In this document: in pieces, positions 18,900 through 26,772 of the stretch
How the letters are laid out: each line of letters opens with the position of its first letter
How positions within the stretch are numbered: the first letter of the stretch is position 1
NCBI GenBank assembly: GCA_045629005.1
Contig: JAZQQJ010000025.1
Span: 1,636-65,635 of the forward strand
Reading direction: 5' to 3'
From: Lachnospiraceae bacterium
Lineage (GTDB): Bacteria > Bacillota > Clostridia > Lachnospirales > Lachnospiraceae
Length of the DNA: 64,000 bases
Program-made: the position numbers and the translations under genes
Notes under the pieces: generated by a model
What the model saw: the letters and a program-made list of their open reading frames with translations, nothing else
The model's database searches: none
What the model was told of the DNA's origin: nothing

Positions 18900-21105
18900 T
18901 CTTTTCCCCTTCGCCTTTGCTCTTCTGCATTTCAAGCTGCGCGGTAACGAGGCCGTAGTAAATACCCTTTTTCTCCATAAGCTCGTTGTGCGTACCAACC
19001 TCAGCAATGTGGTGTGCATCAATTACAACAAGTCTGTCAGCATTCTTAAGTGTTGAAAGTCTGTGTGCAATAGCAAACGTTGTCTTGCCCTCAATCAAAC
19101 GGTCGAGTGCGGTCTGGATAAGGTATTCGCTCTCTGTATCAAGGCTTGCCGTTGCTTCATCAAGAATGAGAAGCTTGGGGTTATTAAGTATCGCACGTGC
19201 TATTGCGATACGCTGTCTCTCACCACCGGAAAGGTTGTAGCCTCTTTCACCTACATAGGTGTTGTAACCGTCAGGTGTCTTACAGATGAAATCGTGTGCA
19301 TTGGCCATTTTCGCTGCCTGAATTATCTCCTCAATAGTAGCATCAGGCTTTGCAAAACGCAAGTTGTTTAGGATAGTGCCTGAGAAAAGGAATGTTTCCT
19401 GAAGAACAACACCAATCTGCGAATGGTAGTTCTCTGCTTTAATGTCCTTGATATTTATTCCATCAACAAGGATTTCTCCGTCATCAATATCATAAAGGCG
19501 CATTACAAGGTTAATAAGTGTTGATTTTCCTGTTCCGCTCGCGCCTACAAGGCCAATCATTTCACCTTTCTTAACCTTAAGATTGATATGCTCGAGGACA
19601 GGTTCATAGCTCTTGTATCCGAAGCATACATCCTTAAACTCAAAATCTCCCTGTATCTCATGCTCCTGAGCTTTCGACTTATCAACAATCTTAGGCTCCT
19701 GTTTCATAACATCGCTGATACGTTCGATACTTGTGATCATATTCATAAGTATTCTGGGAAGATTTGAAAGCCAGCCGACGTACATGTACATCATTGATGC
19801 ATAACTTACAAACTGCATAAGCTCGCCGACAGTCTTTGTATCGCTCAGAACGTTCTTACCACCCACGTACGTAATGATGTATGTACCGATACCCATCATA
19901 AACTGCATTGTCGGGAAGAATACCGCCCAGAAAACTTCGTTTCGTTTCTGTGTAACTGCATAGCTTTCAGCAGTTTCGCTGAAATGCTTTGTTTCCTGCT
20001 CTTCTTTGCCGTAGGACTTAACTACAGCCATACCTGTAATAACATCACGAAGGTTTGAATTGATTTTATCCTCTTTTTTACGTTGCATATGGAACCGTCT
20101 GTGAATGTTCTTTCTGAATGCAACGGAAATAGTTATTGAAACAGGAATAAAAACAAACGATAAAAGTGCCAGCTTCCAGTCAAGGATAAGCATGTATGTA
20201 ACGCTGAAAATAAGCATAATCGCAACCGAGAAAAGGTTGCAGAATGCATCAGCCATAAAGTCGCTGACTCTTCTTGTATCGCCCGTAACTCTGTTCATAA
20301 GGTCTCCGGGCTTTCTGTCGGAAATGAAAGCCAAAGAAAGACTCTGAACCTTTGCGTAAAGCTTCTTTCGAAGATCCATGCTTATTGTGGAGCCAAGCTT
20401 CGCGCAAAGATAGCTTTTTGCCACATTGACCACAAGTGAAAAGATGGTAACGGCAAGCATTCCGCCAAGGCATATCGCAGCCAGAGACATTGTTCCTTTT
20501 CTGTCAAAAAGGACATCATCGACAAGCTTCTTCTGAATTTCGGGATTCATAAGCGACGTGACTGAAGAAAGAATCATTAGTATAAAAATGATTACAAGCC
20601 TGCCTTTATAAGGCTTAAGCAGCGTAAAGAAGTCGTTTATGAGTCCTTCTTTTTTGTGTGAGCAGTATGGGCACTCTTTTGTGCCGGGAAGAGCTCTGCC
20701 GCACTTCGGACACATCTTCTCATATTCTTCGCTTTCAACCTTTCGCGTACCACCTGCAAGCAACTCTCTTGCGCCCTTTGCAACATATGCATATCTTGCA
20801 AGATGTTTGCCCGAATAGCGTACAACAAGCTGTGCTTCATCGTTTGATTTAAGAACAACGAAAAGAACTCCGCAGGATATTTCTGTCTCAGCTTTAATAT
20901 CCGTAATGTCAGAGAGCAGAATTGTCTTTTTAAGAACGTCCTTTTCCAGAACAAAAATCCTCTGTGTCGTTACAACAACAAACGAACCGGAAAGCCAGCC
21001 CCCCTCGTCATCAATGTCGTAGGGCACGCAATAATATATCTCTTCACCGTTTTTAAGGGAGAGCAGTTTTTTATTTTGTTCCGATAAACCGTAATCGAGT
21101 ATCAA
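18877..21105 (-). CDS. ABC exporter half-transporter B with N-terminal PH-like domain and zinc ribbon
   Basis: TTG start with GGGAGG 7 nt upstream. The first ~125 aa are soluble (GSFVVVTTQRIFVLE). Next comes CPKCGRALPGTKECPYC, then 6 TM helices, then an NBD (GASGTGKST, LSGGERQR, LLILDEATASLD). Confidence 0.85.
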   Translation of the reverse strand: MILDYGLSEQNKKLLSLKNGEEIYYCVPYDIDDEGGWLSGSFVVVTTQRIFVLEKDVLKKTILLSDITDIKAETEISCGVLFVVLKSNDEAQLVVRYSGKHLARYAYVAKGARELLAGGTRKVESEEYEKMCPKCGRALPGTKECPYCSHKKEGLINDFFTLLKPYKGRLVIIFILMILSSVTSLMNPEIQKKLVDDVLFDRKGTMSLAAICLGGMLAVTIFSLVVNVAKSYLCAKLGSTISMDLRKKLYAKVQSLSLAFISDRKPGDLMNRVTGDTRRVSDFMADAFCNLFSVAIMLIFSVTYMLILDWKLALLSFVFIPVSITISVAFRKNIHRRFHMQRKKEDKINSNLRDVITGMAVVKSYGKEEQETKHFSETAESYAVTQKRNEVFWAVFFPTMQFMMGIGTYIITYVGGKNVLSDTKTVGELMQFVSYASMMYMYVGWLSNLPRILMNMITSIERISDVMKQEPKIVDKSKAQEHEIQGDFEFKDVCFGYKSYEPVLEHINLKVKKGEMIGLVGASGTGKSTLINLVMRLYDIDDGEILVDGINIKDIKAENYHSQIGVVLQETFLFSGTILNNLRFAKPDATIEEIIQAAKMANAHDFICKTPDGYNTYVGERGYNLSGGERQRIAIARAILNNPKLLILDEATASLDTESEYLIQTALDRLIEGKTTFAIAHRLSTLKNADRLVVIDAHHIAEVGTHNELMEKKGIYYGLVTAQLEMQKSKGEGEKNDAEKAV

Positions 21106-21117
21106 GTGAATGCCTCC

Positions 21118-21663
21118 CTACAGGAACAGATCGAGCTTTCTGCGCTCGTTTGGTGTAAGTTTCATAATATCAGGAATTTCAAATCTGTTTTCATCCAAAT
21201 CCGAAATGATTATACGTGTTTCAGAGAGATGTACTACGTCATTTCCGCCCATATGAATGGCGAACTTGCACTCTCCTCTGTCCGTTTCAACATCAAAGTA
21301 AGCAAAGCCATGCCTATCCTTAATGTTGTATATTTTAGTGATGACAGGCGTGAAATAACGCAGATTCAGCTGTTCACGAATCATCGCAAGCGTATCCTTG
21401 TCGAGCTTGGCCAAATCCTCGATAATACCGATTTCCTTTGAACGTTCTTCGCAGGTTCTTACGGAAATGTAGTGCTCGGGGTCCGTAAACGGGAACATCC
21501 TGACAATCTGCACCCTAGGGTATTCTGCCTCGGGGAGCTTAAGTCTGACAAAACCGCCTTCTGTCCTTGAAAACTTTGCAGTCTTCGAGTCAAGGATGTT
21601 GGTTTTCAGCATTTCCTCTGTTTCTTTCTCCATCTGTTCAAGATCAAATTCTTTTTCTTCCAT
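21118..21663 (-). CDS. DUF1854-like soluble protein
   Basis: 181 aa. FSRTEGGFVRLKL...RMFPFTDPEHYISVR matches my recollection of PF08909, a family that co-occurs with ABC exporter pairs. Needs HMM confirmation. Confidence 0.55.
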   Translation of the reverse strand: MEEKEFDLEQMEKETEEMLKTNILDSKTAKFSRTEGGFVRLKLPEAEYPRVQIVRMFPFTDPEHYISVRTCEERSKEIGIIEDLAKLDKDTLAMIREQLNLRYFTPVITKIYNIKDRHGFAYFDVETDRGECKFAIHMGGNDVVHLSETRIIISDLDENRFEIPDIMKLTPNERRKLDLFL

Positions 21664-21758
21664 TGTTTTCCTCTGTATGTTTATGCATTATTCTCTAAAA
21701 GCAGGTACGTTGGATACTTACGTATCATCCCAAGGTCATATGCCCTGTATGCCTTATA

Positions 21759-24275
21759 TCATTCCCTCAGTGCAAGCGCCTTGGTCTGCAGTTCCATAAG
21801 TTTATAGTAGGTACCGTGAAGTTCCTCAAGCTCCTTGTGCGTACCACGTTCGGTAATCTCACCGTTGTCGATTACACAAAGGAAGTCAGCATCACGAAGC
21901 GTTGAGAGACGATGCGCTATTGATATTGTCGTACGTCCCTTAACAAGGTAGTTTATGGACTCCTGAATAGCTCTTTCGGTTTCGGTATCAACCGATGCGG
22001 TAGCTTCATCGAGAATAAGTATCTTCGGGTTTGCAAGGATTGCACGCGCTATTGATATACGCTGACGCTCACCACCGGAAAGCTCCCGTCCGGATGAACC
22101 CACAACAGTATTATAGCCGTCGGGCATTCTGAGAATGAAATCATGCGCACTGGCAAGCTTTGCGGCTCTGATGATATCTGCCTTTGAAGCGTTCGGATTA
22201 GCATATGCGATGTTTTCCTCAATAGTACCCATGAAGATGTATGTCTCCTGGGAAACCATTGCTACATTCTTTCTGAGATCGCTGAAGGAAAGATTCCTTA
22301 TATCAATTCCATCAAAGAGAATGCTACCCTCCTGAGGGTCGTACATACGTGAAATGAGGTTAACAAGCGTTGTTTTACCTGCGCCGGATCGTCCGACAAT
22401 TCCAAGCATGCTTCCTTCAGGAATCAGAAGGCTTACATTCTTAAGGACAGGCCTGTTTATTTCATAGCCGAAGGTAACATTTCTGAGTTCGATTTCACCT
22501 CTGGGCTCCTTCAAAGGAACCGGGGTCTCAGGCTCGACAATTTCAGGAATTGCATCGATAATCTCAAACATACGCTGTGCAGCGTTCATGCTGTCTGCCC
22601 ACGACTGGAACACTCTTGTCATAAATCTCATCGGACCGTCAAGCTGTCCGGCATAACCGACGAAGGTAACAAGAATACCAAGTGCCATTGTGCCGCGCTT
22701 CAAAATAAAGTATGCGCCCAAAAGCCATATGATAAGTGACGAAGCACTATGTGAAAGCTGGAATACAACAGAGAAAACATTCTGGATACGTACAATAGTC
22801 ATTTCAGTATCCTTAAGTCTTCCGTTTACGGTGTGGAATCTGTTTTCCTCTTTCCTCTCCTGACCGAAGGCCTTAACTACTCTCGCACCCGTAAGGTTAT
22901 CGTTAACCTGGTTGTTTACGGAACGCTCTGCCCTGTGTCTTCTGCCGTATGCATTCCAGAATTTCGGACGATACTTGAAGCTGAAAATGAATGCAATCGG
23001 AAGCAGAAGCATGGAAATCACAGTCATCTGCCAGTTAATCGTAAACATAACCACAAGAGTGGATATGAGTGTAACCGAGTGAATGAAAATATAAGGCACA
23101 TCATCAATAAAGAAGCCTGTTACACGCTCTGCATCGTTCAGTACACGTGTCATCAGTGTACCGGTCTGTCTGTTCTTGAAAAAGCTTATCGAAAGCTTTC
23201 CCATTGCATTGAAGATGCTCTTCTTAATGTCACATACAACATCCGCAACAATCTTTACATTCATTGTGCCCTGCAGAATGGAAAGCACCTGTCCTGTAAC
23301 CTTTGCAGCAAACATCGTAAGAATAATAAGGAGAAGCGCTAAAAGATATTCGCCGTGCGGGATGCCGAAGTTTGCAAGCAGTTCATCATTTTTGTTAAGA
23401 ACGTAATCGTAAAGAATCGTTCCGTTTAAATACGGCCATACAAGGTTAAGCAGCGCCACAAGAACATATGTGACAACAAGTATTACCATGCGCCATTTAT
23501 AAGGCGAGAAGAATTTCAGGACGCGGAAGAAAATGGACCTTCTGTCCAAACAGTAAGGACAAACCTTACGTTCCGGATTCGGATACATTCTGCCGCATTT
23601 AGGGCAGTACTCGCTGTTCTCTTCGTCTCCTTTGCCACCAGGTCCGTGACCACCGAAACCTCCGGGACCACCCGGACCACCAAAGCCACCCGGACGCGGA
23701 CCACCAAAGCCTCTTCCCGGACCGCCGAAACCACGTCCGCCAAAGCCTCCGAAGCCTCCGAAGCCTCCGCCATTTTCTTCTTTTCCAGGCAGACGGGCAA
23801 ATTCACGTGAAATACGGAACATGCTCTTTCTGTAAAGGTTTGAGAACACGGTGACGGTATGGTCGATATCATCATTGTCACGCAAAACAAGAAGGCTGCA
23901 GGCAACCTGTGGCTCTATCATTAATTTCTTATAGTCAGCTGTCGGAAGGCGCTTCACCTGCCAATTATGTTTCTCTTCGCTGTCGTCCTTCCTGATGACT
24001 GCTCCCTTAAACAGATGGACACGCCCCTTTTCGCATGGACATGAAAAGATGTAGATGGCTTCTTCGGTAAGAACAACATAGCCATCTTCGTAAGCACATT
24101 CTGTATTCATATCGGATGCTGAAGCGGCAAGAACTTTTTCGTTCTCTCCACCCTGTTCGGAAATAAGCTGCTTTATCTGCTTCGGGAGCTTGACTTCCTT
24201 ACGTGGGGATTCTTCGAATGGCGGTTTATCCGGTGTTAATGCATTATTTTCTGTTGGAAGTTTTTCTTCTGCCAT
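21759..24275 (-). CDS. ABC exporter half-transporter A with N-terminal PH-like domain, Gly-rich tract and zinc ribbon
   Basis: ATG 24275 preferred over track GTG 24323. Order is a soluble N-domain, a GGFGG/RG tract, CPKCGRMYPNPERKVCPYC, a TMD, then an NBD (GRSGAGKTT, LSGGERQR, ILILDEATASVD). Confidence 0.85.
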   Translation of the reverse strand: MAEEKLPTENNALTPDKPPFEESPRKEVKLPKQIKQLISEQGGENEKVLAASASDMNTECAYEDGYVVLTEEAIYIFSCPCEKGRVHLFKGAVIRKDDSEEKHNWQVKRLPTADYKKLMIEPQVACSLLVLRDNDDIDHTVTVFSNLYRKSMFRISREFARLPGKEENGGGFGGFGGFGGRGFGGPGRGFGGPRPGGFGGPGGPGGFGGHGPGGKGDEENSEYCPKCGRMYPNPERKVCPYCLDRRSIFFRVLKFFSPYKWRMVILVVTYVLVALLNLVWPYLNGTILYDYVLNKNDELLANFGIPHGEYLLALLLIILTMFAAKVTGQVLSILQGTMNVKIVADVVCDIKKSIFNAMGKLSISFFKNRQTGTLMTRVLNDAERVTGFFIDDVPYIFIHSVTLISTLVVMFTINWQMTVISMLLLPIAFIFSFKYRPKFWNAYGRRHRAERSVNNQVNDNLTGARVVKAFGQERKEENRFHTVNGRLKDTEMTIVRIQNVFSVVFQLSHSASSLIIWLLGAYFILKRGTMALGILVTFVGYAGQLDGPMRFMTRVFQSWADSMNAAQRMFEIIDAIPEIVEPETPVPLKEPRGEIELRNVTFGYEINRPVLKNVSLLIPEGSMLGIVGRSGAGKTTLVNLISRMYDPQEGSILFDGIDIRNLSFSDLRKNVAMVSQETYIFMGTIEENIAYANPNASKADIIRAAKLASAHDFILRMPDGYNTVVGSSGRELSGGERQRISIARAILANPKILILDEATASVDTETERAIQESINYLVKGRTTISIAHRLSTLRDADFLCVIDNGEITERGTHKELEELHGTYYKLMELQTKALALRE

Positions 24276-24383
24276 ATTCCAGACCCTTTTCAAAAAAATA
24301 GTTATTTCAAAAATACACTGCACTTCGCGAGCGCTGCTCGTTCAGTTTGCGCTGTGGCATCAGATGCCTTAACTGCTACAGAC

Positions 24384-24517
24384 GCTGCAAGCCTTACTAT
24401 CAAGTCCTTACGGTCTTGATAGTAAGAGCTGGCGCTCTACAAACTCATATGAAACAATGTGCTTTTGTAAGCAAGCTTACAGCGCACATTGTTTCATATG
24501 AGTTCTATGCTTGCAGC
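24384..24517 (-). promoter_or_regulatory. Highly structured 5' leader element of the ABC-DUF1854 operon
   Basis: Nested perfect helices. The outer 9-bp helix pairs 24384-24392 with 24509-24517. It encloses a 12-bp hairpin (24393-24404/24415-24426) and a 21-bp hairpin (24442-24462/24484-24504). Confidence 0.5.
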
Positions 24518-24547
24518 TATTAGTATGTACGTTCTTTTATATATGGT

Positions 24548-24575
24548 ATTGTAGCACTTATTTGCGTTATGTCAT
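24548..24575 (-). promoter_or_regulatory. Candidate sigma-A promoter of the ABC-DUF1854 operon
   Basis: Minus strand reads ATGACA (24575..24570), a 16-nt spacer, then TGcTACAAT, an extended -10 ending at 24548. By-eye match in an AT-rich region. Confidence 0.35.
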
Positions 24576-24697
24576 CTTATTTTTATATAAATATTGCTCA
24601 CATTTATACCAATAGCAATATTTGATAGGTGTAGTGTTAAAACCTGAGGCAATCGTTGAATTCAGCGATACCGTTACTTTCTTTTTATTCGCTTATC

Positions 24698-25138
24698 TTA
24701 TCTTGCCGGCTCAAGTACTTTAATGTATTTATTGTATTCACAAAGTTTGGCTATAAATTCATCTTCTCTTTGCGGTGATATGTAGGCTTTTTCTGTTACG
24801 GAACCTTTATAATATACAATCTCAAGGCGAACGGCCGAGCCTGCTCCGGATGCAATGAACGAGATTACTTTTTTCACCGAACAAATTGAATTAATTTTGA
24901 GGTTTGACGTGGTTGGCCCAAGACATATTTTTATTGTATCCTCAGTTAATACGTAATAATTGCGAACTAAAAACCATAACACAAAACCTATTATCGCAGC
25001 GCTCATGATTATTATCGGGATGAATTCTCCCGGATTGCTATAGTCAAGTATTGTGCAAAGTCCTACAAGCATAAATGTTACAAGTGCAAATGTTGTCCAC
25101 ATAATAACTCCGATTTTTCCTTTAAATTTCATATTCAT
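24698..25138 (-). CDS. Membrane protein with bacterial PH (bPH_2/DUF304-like) domain
   Basis: 146 aa with two TM helices followed by YYVLTEDTIKICLGP...RLEIVY, the pattern of YdbS/YdbT-type membrane-flanked PH domains. Confidence 0.5.
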   Translation of the reverse strand: MNMKFKGKIGVIMWTTFALVTFMLVGLCTILDYSNPGEFIPIIIMSAAIIGFVLWFLVRNYYVLTEDTIKICLGPTTSNLKINSICSVKKVISFIASGAGSAVRLEIVYYKGSVTEKAYISPQREDEFIAKLCEYNKYIKVLEPAR

Positions 25139-25273
25139 TCCTCACTTTCTCATACTCATATTATTTCAAATTTGTACTCTTTCAAGCTTAATGCATCATT
25201 AACGAATTACATCAACAATTGAATTGCCGTACTTCAGGCAAATAGTATGTCCGGTTGTTTATATGGTATCGTG

Positions 25274-25684
25274 CTAAGCTTTTGCTTCCAACAAGAGTTC
25301 CGCAAACGCTTCCGCCAGAAGAATCATCCAGACAAGCACCAGTCCGAATACAACGAACATCTCTGTCATTCCCGTGCACAATCCGATTACCGCAAAAACC
25401 GCGATTACTATAAGTGCTATAGAGCGTGCCTTAACTCTCCACCCGGATGCTATTTCAAACTGGTATTCGTCAAACCTTTTCTGCTTTTTCACACACAAGA
25501 TAGTAACTGCTTCTGAACCGATAAAAACAACTGTAGCAATCCCCCACCACACATCATAGGGCAGGTTCAAACCGATGTATATGCCTCTCGATGCGCTGTC
25601 GCCAAGGTATATCAGCAAAAAAACGATTATCGCAGAAACCATTTCGAAGAAAATAACATTATTGACCAACATTCGTTTATTCAT
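25274..25684 (-). CDS. Small 4-TM membrane protein, partner of the XRE regulator
   Basis: 136 aa with four hydrophobic spans. Has a 4-nt overlap with the upstream HTH gene. Confidence 0.6.
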   Translation of the reverse strand: MNKRMLVNNVIFFEMVSAIIVFLLIYLGDSASRGIYIGLNLPYDVWWGIATVVFIGSEAVTILCVKKQKRFDEYQFEIASGWRVKARSIALIVIAVFAVIGLCTGMTEMFVVFGLVLVWMILLAEAFAELLLEAKA

Positions 25685-25887
25685 CTTCTCTCGCTCCTTT
25701 CAAAATCAAATAATTCGGTAATAGCGGTATCAAAATACTTTGCGAGGTCGTAGGCCAGCCAAAGCGACGGATCGAACTTACCGGACTCTATGGCAATAAT
25801 GGCCTGCCGTGAAACCCCGACAGCCTGTCCGAGTTCCTGCTGGGTTATTTTTCTTTTTTCACGATATTCTCTGACCTTATTTACCAA
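25681..25887 (-). CDS. XRE-family helix-turn-helix transcriptional regulator (68 aa)
   Basis: ITQQELGQAVGVSRQAIIAIESGKFDPS is a classic Cro/C1 HTH. Confidence 0.85.
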   Translation of the reverse strand: MVNKVREYREKRKITQQELGQAVGVSRQAIIAIESGKFDPSLWLAYDLAKYFDTAITELFDFERSERR

Positions 25888-26109
25888 GAATTCCTTCCTC
25901 CTGTCCTTGCAACAAAAATGTTATGTGCCACTCTGCTGCAATATTTTTCGCTTTTCATTCATTGCGAATTTAGCAACGAAAACCTCCGTGCTTTACAAAT
26001 CCGATTCGCTTTATCACGCTCAATGTAACGTCAACCTTACATCAAGCATAGCGCCCTTATATGTATTTGTCAACAATTCTTTGTAAGGTTAGCATTACAT
26101 TTTTTCAAA

Positions 26110-26186
26110 ATGTCCACCACACCCCGTCCCTAGGCAGGCAGAGATGTCCACCACACCCCGTCCCTGGTGGACACCCCTGGTGGACA
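26110..26186 (+). repeat. Array of four TGTCCACC/GGTGGACA half-sites (two 22-bp direct repeats plus two inverted copies)
   Basis: ATGTCCACCACACCCCGTCCCT occurs at 26110-26131 and again at 26144-26165 (perfect). CCCTGGTGGACA occurs at 26162-26173 and 26175-26186. GGTGGACA is the reverse complement of TGTCCACC. Confidence 0.8.
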
Positions 26187-26196
26187 TCCTGCACTG

Positions 26197-26225
26197 TTGA
26201 TTTTTCCGAGGCACATTGTTATACT
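26197..26225 (+). promoter_or_regulatory. Candidate sigma-A promoter of the DUF5662-like/WYL operon
   Basis: TTGATT (26197-26202), a 17-nt spacer, then TATACT (26220-26225). About 20 nt upstream of the RBS and ATG 26248. Confidence 0.55.
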
Positions 26226-26247
26226 TCATGGAGAAAAGGAGTCTATT

Positions 26248-26772
26248 ATGCATCCGTTTAAACATTTCAGAACAATAACAAAGCATCGTCATGCCGTAAT
26301 TCGTCACTGTTTCAAGGCCGGTATCGGTTTTCAGGGACTTTTTCACGATTTGTCAAAATATACACCCACTGAATTCATTCCAGGCGCACGCTATTATCAG
26401 GGAACACGTTCCCCTAACGAAGGTGAGCGTGAAGCCATCGGCTATAGCACTGCATGGATTCACCATCAGGGACGTAACAAGCATCATTTTGAATATTGGA
26501 AGGATTATGATTACGTTACAAAGCTCATAAAGCCTGTTCCGATGCCTGACAAATACATTAAGGAAATGTTCTGTGACAGGGTTGCTGCCTCCAAAATCTA
26601 CAAGGGTAAGGATTATACCGATGATGCGCCTTTGCAATATCTTTTAAGAGGAAACAAAACAAGATTTATTCATCCGGAGACACAGGCAAAAATCGAGTTT
26701 TTATTGACAATGCTTGCAGAAAAAGGCGAAAAGGAAACCTTCAGATATATTAGAACAAGGAAGACTCTATGA
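26248..26772 (+). CDS. DUF5662-like His-rich protein (possible metal-dependent hydrolase)
   Basis: ATG 26248 follows GAGAAAAGGAG. MHPFKHFRTITKHRHAVIRHCF...LFHDLSKYTPTEF...WIHHQGRNKHHFEYW matches my recollection of the DUF5662 family. The track extension from 26167 runs through the repeat array and is rejected. Confidence 0.55.
   Translation: MHPFKHFRTITKHRHAVIRHCFKAGIGFQGLFHDLSKYTPTEFIPGARYYQGTRSPNEGEREAIGYSTAWIHHQGRNKHHFEYWKDYDYVTKLIKPVPMPDKYIKEMFCDRVAASKIYKGKDYTDDAPLQYLLRGNKTRFIHPETQAKIEFLLTMLAEKGEKETFRYIRTRKTL

Noticed and set aside
18900-19022. N-terminal 41-aa extension of the SGNH lipoprotein ORF. Similar extensions occur at 24276-24323, 26167-26247, 29728-29787, 38535-38672, 50472-50576 and 56457-56528.
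   Set aside because: In each case an internal ATG is preceded by a good Shine-Dalgarno sequence. It starts a canonical signal peptide, lipobox or conserved N-terminus. The extension lacks an RBS and overlaps the neighbouring gene or regulatory DNA.
23516-23905. 129-aa alternative-frame ORF over the glycine-rich region
   Set aside because: It is on the same strand but out of frame with the ABC gene. It is open only because the GC-rich GGn repeat lacks stops, and it yields a low-complexity Val/Ala/Arg product.
24442-24504. The 21-bp perfect hairpin as terminator of the upstream bPH gene
   Set aside because: No U-tract follows the stem on either strand. It lies downstream of the best promoter match for the ABC operon and is nested within a larger helix.
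26110-26186. CRISPR array or att-site remnant
   Set aside because: There are only two direct copies, separated by 12 bp, plus inverted half-sites. There are no spacer-like units and no cas, integrase or recombinase genes nearby. An operator array fits better.
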